The notes under the pieces are model-generated. The model was not told where the DNA came from and made no database searches. It saw only the letters and a program-made list of their open reading frames with translations. Below, one piece after another: positions 1 through 10,767 of a DNA stretch of 64,000 nucleotides (positions are counted from its first letter, which is position 1; the number at the start of each line of letters is the position of its first letter). The stretch is from Selaginella moellendorffii (lineage: Eukaryota > Plantae > Lycopodiophyta). Location: assembly GCF_000143415.4 (NCBI RefSeq), contig NW_003314317.1, forward strand, positions 496,001 to 560,000. The letters are read 5' to 3'. The position numbers and the translations under genes were made by a program.

Positions 1-899
1 TCTTAAGGTACAAAACTATGAATAAACTTGTAAATGAAGCCCTTGCAAAGATTCATTATGATAAGCTAACTAAGTGCATAAATAAGGTGGTTAACTAGAT
101 GAAGGATAAAGGTTTAGAAAAATTCTATAAAATTATATCAAACTTTGTAGGATTATAGAAAGACAAACTAATTCTTCAATTATGGGATCCTGTAAAATTG
201 GGTTTCAAAATGGATGGAGGGGATATTAGGGGATATTAAAATCACTCAAGATCTTATTTTTAAGCTTTTTTATCTTCTCATAGAGTTAGATCAGTAGAAT
301 TGGATAAAAAGAGTAATCTTTCCTAATAAACTCAGACAAGGAATTGTTCATCTAAAATAGAGGGAAAATACATATCTTTGGGAAAAATTTATCTTTATAC
401 TAAAAAAACCTTTATATATCTAAGTGCTTTCTCCAATGGGAAGTTCCAAAGAAAAAAATCAAAGGATACATTGGATAAATATTTCTTTCTCTAGAGTAGG
501 CCTTCCCTCAAAATCTTACTACTATGGCATATAGAAATTTTCTCTAGGCAATGCAAGACTTAGAGAAAAAGAAAGGAAAAGATGGATACTTTAAGAGTAA
601 TATTTACATTTTTCTTGCCTTATATAAGCTTTACTTTAATATAAACTTTACTAACAAACCACAAGGATTAATGAGTAAAGATTACTAGGCTAACAAAGAA
701 AAAAAAATTCTATAATACGTTTGTATACAAATGCAAACAAAGGCCTCTTGGACAAAGCTTAGGGCTAACATATTAATGCAAAGTGATATAGATAATTTGG
801 AGGTAGCTAGGGAGCTTCTTTTTCTCTCCCATTCTTTCCTTCTCACTCACTCTATGCTTACGCTTTTGCCAAAATGTGTTAACACTCCAAGCTTAGCTT

Positions 900-3040
900 T
901 GAAGTAATGTATGGCAACTTAAACACCACCTAAGGCCGTGCAAGAGCAAATACCATTCTTGCTACCTATTAAATTGAGTGCACCCTTGATTGGGTGGAGT
1001 GATCTTGTCCTTATACTACCACCATAAAGTATTGATTCCACTCTCAAAGCACCATTGACACAAGATCTCTCTTGGACACCTTCATTAGCACTACAATACA
1101 TCTCTCAGTTGCTTAATGTTGAATGTTTTTCTTACAAATGTTTATGGATAGCAAAAACTCCTAAGCAAGACAAGCATATGGAGGAAATCTTGTCTGGTGA
1201 TAAGGAGTGCTTTCTCCCTATGACAAAGTTTGGCTTAATGCTTTTATGTTATTTGCCTATACGGAGTTACTCGAAAGAGAAATATTGATTGAGCAAAAGA
1301 TTAAGCTCATGTAAAAATGGTACCCAACAAAGCATGCATTTCTCTTCCACAGGCAAGTCCATCCTTTTGAACTCACCTAACTTTTTCACTTAGACAATAA
1401 GGGTGAAATAATCACAATAAGCAAGAAGGATCATATGCCCAATCAATACATCCTCCCAAACTATACATCCAGACGTGAAGGCAACTTCATCTACTTAAAA
1501 CCCAACTATTATGCTAGGTTTAAGGTATTGTGTGCCATCATCAACAAAAGGACAGTTGCGCAAAATACCAGCATCGAGATAGCTTGCCTATTGAAAACTA
1601 TTGAGACTAGACAACAAATAAACATAACTCATTTCACCTATAATGGATTTATGGCTGAAATGAAAAATATTGCCTTAAAGGTAGGTAAGGGAAGACAAGT
1701 GAAAATAGGAGTCTTCATATTTTTGCAATGCATCTACAAACATTATACAACTTAGGAGAATCTCGTGCCTCACCTTGATATTGAGGCACCACCTCCAATA
1801 TCTCCTCTGAGGGAGATAGCAAAGGATATGGATATGGAGCAAGTTTCCCAAAATCCCGATGATACAGATTCAAGTGAGGAAAATTCTCCCCTAAAAAAGA
1901 AATTCTGCCTAGATATGAAAATCTAAGCTATGAGACTTCTAGAGTTTGTTCCGTAGAATCTAGTGGCTGAGTATGCCACAAAAAAGCTAAAGGCGGCAAG
2001 TATGGTGATAAAACACTACGCTTGGATCAAGAATAGGGTCATAACTCATCTACATTTATCCCAATGCCTATACAAAACTCTCCGAGCATTAGGAAAGTGA
2101 TGAGCACTAGGTAAACAATGGACACCAAAGTTGTGAAAGAAATTCCACAACTTAGACCACAAAGTTTGACATATGATTTACCAACATATGCTACAAAACC
2201 ATTGGTTGTGGATACAATTAATAAGGTGAGTTTAAGCTAAGAAGATCATAGGAATACAAGCTTAGTCTTCTCTAGTTTATCTATGCATCCAACAGTTGGT
2301 TGATCAGTCTAGCAAGATGAGGCAACTATAGCGACAGTAGACATTGCAATAACACTACAAAGTCAAGGTTAGCTATGCCTTCACTCACAAGACCGTGAAT
2401 CAACTGAGCGAGCTAATAGTCTGAGGCTTTATAAAGGATTTTACTCAACATATCAAGGGAGGAGGCAAGTAGTTAGTGTAGCGCATGTGATCATAGGATG
2501 AGATTTAGATATACTGTCACTGTGGATCTTTGGAACCTTGGGGGATAAATGGGGATAACATAATTACTAAAGGCTCTCTCATCAAACAATTACCTCTTTT
2601 CCAGTTGGCTTAAAGGGATTGAGATAAGGTGTGGTACAGGTGGTATTGGAGCCAACTAGTCGATGAGGCAATGCAGCCAATAGTATATGAGGAAACTACA
2701 AAGTACCACACGTAGGTCTTGAGCTACCTCAAGTCAATCACCAAGAAAGTGGATGGAGTTATGGGCAAGCAAAATCATCAATGCTATATAATCCAAGAAC
2801 TCAAGAATGCAATCCCAGCTTCAACATCCATTAATACAAAGCGCATTAACTACTAGGATCAACACATTGCAATGTTCAACCAAGAAAATCAGATCATGTA
2901 TCAGGAACTTGATGATCTATGCTCAACAACCTAGCTCACTATAAAGACCAAGCTCAACAACCTAGAGCAGAATTCAGAGAATTTAACTACCTAAGGATAA
3001 GTAGTAGCTTTGTTGTAAGGGAGTGATAAAGAAATAAATG
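900..3040 (+). pseudogene. Heavily decayed coding-like sequence, probably a transposon-derived accessory ORF remnant
   Basis: Short broken ORFs (1055-1288, 1435-1755) and coiled-coil-like Q/E/K-rich stretches near 2700-3000 with many stops. No recognisable domain. Confidence 0.25.
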
Positions 3041-3309
3041 TTTTATCTTGTGTATCTTCTTAGATAGAGCAAAAGAAGAAAGTTTAGGCGAAATGGAGTT
3101 ATGCCTAAGTTTAGGCATCCATAAAAGAAAGAATTAACATAAATAAGCATGAAATAGTTAAAAACAGTTATAAAATCATGTAGTATATAAGTAGCACTCA
3201 AATATGTTGGAAAAGAACCCTCACTCACTGTTGTATGTATTTATATTGAATTAACCATCTTTTCTCCCACTTATGACTTTTTGTAAAGTATAATTGAGAG
3301 AGTGACATA

Positions 3310-3500
3310 TGTCTCGGCCTTTATTTTTGACTTGGCCTTGGACTCTATTTTGGACCTAGCCTTGGCCTCCATCTCACACTCGATTTTGGACTTGGTCTCA
3401 AATTTTATCTTGGATTCGATCTTAGACTCAATCTCAGACTAAGACGCGGTTTTGAACTCAATTTCAAACTCAATCTTAGACTCAATCTCAAATTTAATCC
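3310..3500. repeat. Degenerate 6/12-bp tandem array resembling the GGACTCGATCTC array in element C LTRs (old LTR remnant)
   Basis: gactcaatctc/gattcgatctt/aactcaatttc units look like CpG-deaminated versions of the 10,010-10,285 array. Confidence 0.55.
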
Positions 3501-3582
3501 TAACATTTTCATATCTCATAACACTTTATTTCAGTCCTTTTTATAGCCCTTTCTAGAAACTCATTCACCAATTGCTTCAAAC

Positions 3583-3682
3583 NNNNNNNNNNNNNNNNNN
3601 NNNNNNNNNNNNNNNNNNNNNNNNNNNNNNNNNNNNNNNNNNNNNNNNNNNNNNNNNNNNNNNNNNNNNNNNNNNNNNNNNN
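3583..3682. other. Assembly gap (100 N)
   Basis: Run of N. Confidence 0.99.
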
Positions 3683-3747
3683 TTAGATAATAATTTACAA
3701 AAATTGTTTCCCACAAAATACAGGTAATAATATTAAGGGGTAAGTCA

Positions 3748-4329
3748 ATGAGAATGGGATTTCGTCGTATATTAGATAATGTTACAAATGGTTTACATAA
3801 TGCTCGTTCTAATAGATGTAAGGTTGTTGGTGAAAAGTATCAAATTGAGTATTCATACTTTCGCTATCGCAATAAGGAATTATTATATGAATTGGATGTT
3901 ACTTCTACTTTGAATCTATATAGAGCTTGTGATAATAGTTTAACCACTTTAAGTGCTGGACTTACAAATAATAAGCTTTATACAAATGAATTTATAAGGT
4001 CACCAAATGGAAAAAATATATTAATTCTAGAATTAAATTGTAAACTTTCTCTATATTCTCAAGAAACTTTAATTTGGAGATCAAAAGGTAATAATAATTA
4101 TTATGGGCCATGTATATTTATAATACAAATTGATGGCAATGCTGTTATATACACTGAATCAAAAGTTATAGTATGGTCTATTAACATATATTGTCTCAAT
4201 ACACCATATTGTTATTTATTTACTTTTCTTTCTTTACAAGATAATTGTGATTTAGTGTTATATAAGATAAATAAAAATGGTAAAAATGAACCTTTTTGTC
4301 CAATTAATACTAAAAAATGCTTTATTTGA
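3748..4329 (+). CDS. Bulb-type (GNA-like) mannose-binding lectin domain ORF; possibly partial or a pseudogene
   Basis: NKLYTNEFIRSPNG start motif. Three subdomains ELNCKLSLY, QIDGNAVIY (canonical QxDxNxVxY) and QDNCDLVLY, the first two followed by IW/VW. Confidence 0.7.
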   Translation: MRMGFRRILDNVTNGLHNARSNRCKVVGEKYQIEYSYFRYRNKELLYELDVTSTLNLYRACDNSLTTLSAGLTNNKLYTNEFIRSPNGKNILILELNCKLSLYSQETLIWRSKGNNNYYGPCIFIIQIDGNAVIYTESKVIVWSINIYCLNTPYCYLFTFLSLQDNCDLVLYKINKNGKNEPFCPINTKKCFI

Positions 4330-5933
4330 ATAAAGAAACTACCCTGTTTGTGGTAGTGACAGGGTATCAAGCTAAAAAATAGTATTGCCACCAATTGAGA
4401 GGGGGTTGTTATTTTATATTTTGAATTTATATTTTCAATTATATTATAAATATAATATAATTACTAAATAAATTTCTATAGTTTATGAATTTATAACTAT
4501 AAATACAGAATTGTTTTAAGCTATATTAAATGGTGCTTAGGAAGTTAAGCCTACCAAAACTATTATGTTAATTTTTTCCTATTAATAATTTTTGTTTTCT
4601 TGAACAAAACCCAAAAGTCGTGGAAGAAAAGTTTTAGTGCTAAAATACAACAATAAACTGAGGCTAAGTGTATTTTAGAACATCACCATTTCAATTCTCT
4701 CAATCTGAGTAAGTCAAAGTATTTTATCTCTATATGCATGTGATTCTGAGAATTTTAATGTAGAATTCCAATCTGTTTTATAAAATAAATCAGAACATTT
4801 TAAATGCCACCATGCCACATACTCTTCATTTGGCATCACTTGCATTATAAATTTAAAGATGCTAAAGTATGGGAGGAGTGCCATGGCAAGGAGTTCTTAA
4901 TCTCCTAAGATTTCAATGGTAAGTAAACAATTATACTAGGGTTAAGGATGATCAAGGAGCTCTAGCACCTCAAGTTGCAAAATTTTATAGTTGTTGTAGA
5001 TTGCTATATGATCTTATCATCTTGACACTCCTATAGAATTATCGATTTAAAAAATTAATTTTTAACAACCATAACAAATAATCTGTTGCATATTGCTAGT
5101 AACATTTGGTTTTCTTAATAATAGTATTATTCTTATTTATTAATCTAATTGATCAAATGAAAGTTTGTAAGTATAAACATGTTTATAATTTATAAAAATA
5201 AGATTAATTTTATTTAATATCAAAAATTAGATGGTAGAATAAATTATAATATACTATAAAGTTTTTTAAACTTTAAAAATGTCTATAAATTATAAATACT
5301 TGATTATTCTAAATGAATAGCAACCATTTGATGGTAGAATATCCTAGAATATCCAAGGATGTTCTAGGTATATCCACTACCAGTTTACTTAAGACCATTG
5401 TTAAAATCATAATAAACCAGATATAAATGCTTGAACCAATATATAATAAAATTTCAAAGGCTACTATTCTACTGCAAAAAAAATTAATAACTCTTCTAGA
5501 AACATAATATTTATCCTTGTCCACTTTAGTTGTCTTCTATATATAATAAATTGAACTATGTAAGATTTTAAAGCCATGATTCCATTTGGACTTGTTTTGC
5601 TCTTTTATTTTCCAGTCTGTTAAAGTTAAAAATTCTATTCAGACTCATTATATTTATCCTCACTTTGTATTCATATTATTTATCCTCATTCCAATACCCT
5701 CTTATTGCTCATCCTCACTTCATTATACTGGAGGGAGACTCCCCTCCATCTCCTCCACCCCCTCCTCCAATGAAAATAAAGTTTGAAGTGTCAAGAGAAA
5801 GCCAAAAAAATTAAAGAAACAAGGTGGAAGAAAAAAAACAAGCAATTGTAGTTGCTGATTTAGGGTTTATTTAAACCTAAGCCTTAAACTTAACCCTTGG
5901 GATTTTGAACCATCACAAAATAAAAGCATTATT

Positions 5934-6109
5934 TGTGAGGTCAAAGTGTACGGTTACAATGTCATATACTAATATTAGCATAATGGGATTTTGGTAGCTG
6001 TTGGATTGATTTCAATCCAGACCACTCGCTCCTGTATATAAGTTAGAGTTTTTGGATTAATTAATATGTATATTTTCTATATTTCTTTTCCATATTCCAA
6101 ACATTCACA
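5934..6109 (+). repeat. 5' LTR of A1 (176 bp)
   Basis: TG...CA ends. Aligns with 30797-30969 and 62522-62696. Confidence 0.92.
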
Positions 6110-6349
6110 TTCGTGGAGGTGAGGGGCACCTTTCATTGTCCCTAAAGAGTGCTTGGATTTGTGATTTTAGTTTAGATCTAGCTTTGCATTAACTAAATTT
6201 AGTTTTTTTCATTTCTTTTGTTTTGTTCTTTTCTTTCAAAATTTTGGTTTAGATCTAGCTTTTCCCATTGTCTAGATCTCCCTTTCCTTTTAGTTTTTTC
6301 TCATTTCCCTTCTTTTGCTTTTTCATTTTCATTCATTTTTATAGTAGAG

Positions 6350-7998
6350 TAATAGTCTTCTTTTTTGACTTTGGAGCAACAGTTGGTGCAATTGCTTAAT
6401 GCTATGTGATTGCAATTAAACAACTAAACTCAATTGATAGTGGCATTCACAACACGTGGTATAGCTCCTCTTGCTCTTGGTGCTAATCCTCACATTTGGT
6501 TGAAGTTCTTTTGTGGGAATCTTGAGGTTGATGTGTACCATTAGTTCGGTCACTTCACGGTAATTGCCATTTATCATTTTTGGGATGATGCTCGCATGAG
6601 TTCCTCACGTGTTTCCAAGGGACGGTATTGCAGTGATACAATGGTTTGAGTGCAGCCACTCGTGGGGATTGGAATGTTCTCCCGGACGTCTTCAAATGCA
6701 CATTCAGACATGCTGACGATTGTGATGATGCCTTCCAACAATTGCATTGTCTTCGTCAAGGGCCATCTGAGTCGATGATGCAATTTAGCGTTCATTTCCA
6801 AAGCTTCTTGTTTCATGTAGAGCCAAATATGTCAGAGCGGATCAAGTTAAGAATGTTGTGGCCAACACTTTTTCAAGATCTTGTTAGACTTGTGCATGCA
6901 CTTGTTTTAGCCACCCTTGACGATGCTCTTTACTTGGCACAACGTTATAAGACATCGCCTCTTCCACTTCTCGCTGCACATCCTTTCGCTCCACTTCCTA
7001 TGGGCGATGGTCCTGTTCTAATGGAGGTTGATGCTACTGCTACTCAAGTCTAAGGACAAGGGTGAGGATGTGGTCGTGGCTGTGATGTTTGTTATTAAGC
7101 ATGTGATAAAGTTGGTCATACTTATCAATGTTGTCAGCATTTTCCAGATTGGCGACCTCCATTTCTTGGGTGGAGACCTTGGCTTCAATAACGTCCTGTT
7201 GGTGCTCCTCCAGTGGAAGGTTTGGACACCGAAATGCATCCGGGAAACAAGGAGTTACACGAGTAACAAAGGGATCTTGCACGAATAAGTCAGTGACCCC
7301 TTCATCTTTCTTTCAGAAGTATCATCAAAGGGCTCACTCAGCACAAATTCATCTAATGTTTACTTTCAAAGCTTATTTTTATAATAAGAGGTTTTCTATT
7401 ATTCTTTCCATGTTAGTTGAAACAGGTTTGAGTTTATCTTCTATTGCTCGACTTGTTACCACACGTTACTGTCTACATTTGTGTCGTGTGGTAGAGCCAG
7501 TTTTCATTCTTTATGGCAACGGCCGTACACATGCATGTGCACGGGATGAGGTGGACCTGGTTGTGCATGTGGGTGATCTTGAGTTTGGGTTGCAGTCATT
7601 GTGGGTAGTGTCAAGTTAAGCTTTTGACCTCATCCTTGGTATGGATTGGTTATAGCGCAATCATGCCAAGTGTGACTTTGAGGCTTCTCCTTCTTGTCTC
7701 ATACTTCCTTATATTTCATCAATTCCTCTCACTTCCATACCTCTTCGTCCCTTTACTTTTACCTCTGTTTCCATTACTTTTGTCCCTCCATTATTTCCTC
7801 ATATGTTTTCATCTTTTTTTGCTCTTCTCTTTTTTGATCCCTTCGACAATCTTTATGCTATAGCAGTTGATTGGCTCATAAAGAAGTATTCTGATCTCTT
7901 TGAATTTGACTTATCGTTTGGGGTCAAGATTGCCACACGTCATCCGATTCCAACCAGGGATGCTCATCCAATCAAGGTTCTTGTTTGTCATCAATCAT
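6350..7998 (+). pseudogene. Decayed gag and protease of A1
   Basis: ORF 6646-7053 matches intact gag 62930-63862. LVETG (degenerate DTG) in ORF 7128-7619. Confidence 0.85.
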
Positions 7999-9131
7999 TG
8001 TCGCGAATATGACTTCGGGTATCGAAAGTTACCTGTTGACCAGTCCTTACGGACACTCTTACCTTACTGCCACGATGGCAAGAGGTCGGTATTGCTGGAC
8101 CCTTTATCAGTCCCTCTTGTTCAAGTGTTAGTAAACTGGACTTTGCATCTGTACTTGGCCGGATGAGCATAAGGACGGAATTCCTAAGTGTCTATTCAGC
8201 CAAGCATACTTGGCCTGGCTTTTTAGTTCTCTTTTGCTCTGTCTTGCACTGGCTTGACAAGAACCCTCGCGTATTGAGATTGGTCCCTCAATATCGCTAC
8301 ATGATAGCTTACCGTGTCTGCCAAACACCCTCGCTATCATGCCCTTTGTGTTAGTCTCATTTCGGTCCCAAATGCTATTTATGGAAAGTGTCCAGATTTG
8401 CTCATTTGGCATATCTACGGAATGTAGAGATCGGTCTGAACACAATGGTGTTCGTCCCATGTCCAAATTCACAATCTAGAGACATTCCATATTTAGTAAG
8501 TTTCGAGCTTGTCCCAGAGACTAACTCCTGGTACTAAGGGAGGCTTGGGGTGAAAGCCCAAAGCGTGTGTTCCTCAAGGGGGGGGGGCTGTGGGGGGTTC
8601 CAAATGTATAGTAGGGATAGTGGGTAGGTCGGGCATGGCCGACCAACCTGAGGCATAATCTAGCTCCCGCTTGCGTGCCTGTCCTTGTTCTGCGTCCGGC
8701 TTGGGTCTAAGCCCAAGTTCCATCCCATGCTAGTTGGTGGAGTACCCATATCCTCACATTAGTCCACCGGTATGCCGAAATAGCGCCAGACTCCATTTGG
8801 CTCCGTTTTGTATGCTGGTCCTGGCATTGGGATGCTGGTTGCTCCAGGACTGTTCCAAGTCGCTCCGGACTCCTGTCCCTTCGCTCCTCGGGCTTTATGC
8901 TCGGGAGTTGCTCCGTGGTTCGGTTCCGTCACTCCTTGGCTCCATGCTTGGGAGTTTGGCACCGTTCCTTCGTTCAGTGGCCCAAGGCCCTGAACTTCGG
9001 GTTCCTATGGACACGTGGCATGTGACACGTGGCATCTGTCATGTGGCACAAAGAGGGTTTAGGTTCCGCTTCGTGGTGTTATTCTATGGTAAATCACCAT
9101 AGGATAAAGGGTCAAAACCACGTGCACTACA
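7999..9131 (+). repeat. 5' LTR of B1 (1133 bp)
   Basis: TG...CA followed by PBS. Four copies in the window. Confidence 0.93.
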
Positions 9132-9203
9132 TTTGGTATCAGAGGATGAGTCTCAGCGAGTACTATTCAATGAGATTGGGCAACTAGTCTCGTTGCATAC
9201 GCA

Positions 9204-10364
9204 TGTAAGCCACAAATTTTTCCTTTCCAATTTGCTAGCTCACCTCGTCTATCCGCCCGACACTGCCTTGGCTTTTGCTAGGTTCCCTCGCCAAGGTTCT
9301 CGCCTATGGTACCAGCTCCTACTTGGTCCTACTTGCTTTCAGCTATTCACTGCACGAGCAACGGAGCGTTAGCCACCATCCACGGATTCCCAATCTCTCC
9401 CAATCCCCCTCCCCGGGTTAGACTGGACTTAAGGTTCGGCTACACTCCCCGCAAGCACAAGCAGCCAAGCACACCAAACTTCCAGGTTCCTAACTTCCCT
9501 TGGTACCACAAGACTTGATCATGGGACCCTCTAAATCCCAAGTCTTGAGTGCAACACTTGCTTCGGGACGCCGGGGCGAAACACCGTGGCCTAGCAGCCC
9601 GGTATGGGTACCTTTACCCCCCCACTTCCATCCCGAAGGAAAGCCCAAGCCCCTAGGAAGGGCGAGGACCAATGAGCCGCATAGTACTCAAGTGGGGCAC
9701 CACTCCACATGAGCCGGGAGCACTGCAATCGGTTTCCCTTTCGGGAGTGGGAGCTGCTCTTGAGCACTTCCTTGGATGGCCCCTCCGGCACCAACCAAGT
9801 CCATGCTCACTCCCACCCAAGGCCCCTCGGTCCCAGTCCCAACCTCAAGTCAGTTTGGGAGCTCCACTGGAGAGTCCCTTCTAAACTGGTTCCTGGACCT
9901 CACTATCCCCACTATACTTTTGGAACCCCCTGCAGCCCCCCCCCCCCCCCCTGGGAGACGCATGCTTTGGGCTTTCACCCCTTGACCCGTATTAGTATTT
10001 GGACTTAGTCTCTGGCTCGATCTCGGACCCGATTTCGGATCCGACTTCAGATTCGGTTTCGGACTCGATCTCGGACTCGATCTCGGACCCGATCTCGGAC
10101 CCGACCTCGGACTCGACCTCAGACTCGGTCTCGGACCCGATTTCGGATCTCGGACTCCGTCTCGAACTCGGTCTCGAACTCAGACTCGAACTCGGTCCCC
10201 GAGTCGGTCTCGGACTCGATTCCGGACTCGATCTCGAACTCGGTCCTAGAGTCGGTCTTGGACTCGATCTTCGACTTGGTCCCATCCGATGAACTCTTTG
10301 TCATTTTGGTCATGCTTTCGGGGTTCCTTTAGCCTACGACACCTCGGCGAGTTGGTTCCTTACA
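9204..10364 (-). repeat. 3' LTR of element C
   Basis: Nearly identical to 15597-16749. Confidence 0.95.
10010..10285. repeat. 12-bp tandem array (GGACTCGATCTC/GGACCCGATCTC/GAACTCGGTCTC) in the C LTR; second copy at about 16395-16670
   Basis: About 20 visible units. Produces the S/D- and E/S-rich spurious ORFs on both strands. Confidence 0.95.
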
Positions 10365-10767
10365 ACTTCACCACCCATAGAAGAAGTTCGATGCCCACAT
10401 CGAACGTCTCGTTTTATCCTACGACTTGTTGACCATGTCTCCGGGGGCATCCCCCCACTTAGCGGTGCGCCTAAGTTAGCCTCCCTGGCCAAGAGTCCAT
10501 GACAACGGAATATAGGTGTCCCTATACTCCTCACCTCACCACGCCCTAGTATGGGGTCGGGACTTGAACCCAGCCTTGCTTTACTAGGGGGTTGGGACTC
10601 GAACCCAACCTCCGTAGAATACGTCCACGGATTCGACATCCCCGCAGGGAGTCGGGCGTAGCTCCCTACGCCTGGTCGACCTAGCTAACCCATGCTAATT
10701 AGCTTACCTTCGGCGCGCCTTCGGGTCCCAACATATGCCACTTGCTCAACTTTGCAAATTGATATTT

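Noticed and set aside
8128-9102. Recurrent 60-120 aa ORFs in B LTRs
   Set aside because: They recur only because the LTRs are repeated. Ends vary with indels and no domains are seen.
7999-9131. Retrozyme (hammerhead ribozyme in a non-autonomous LTR)
   Set aside because: No CUGANGA...GAAA core found by eye.
10010-10285. CRISPR-like array
   Set aside because: Contiguous short repeats with no unique spacers, in eukaryotic LTR context.
9992-10313. SD-repeat and ES-rich ORFs (also 16377-16698)
   Set aside because: Translation artefacts of the 12-bp LTR array, open on both strands.
10550-10660. tRNA gene
   Set aside because: T-arm-like hairpins are present but I could not build a full cloverleaf with D arm and anticodon arm. 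Kept only as a structured-RNA finding.
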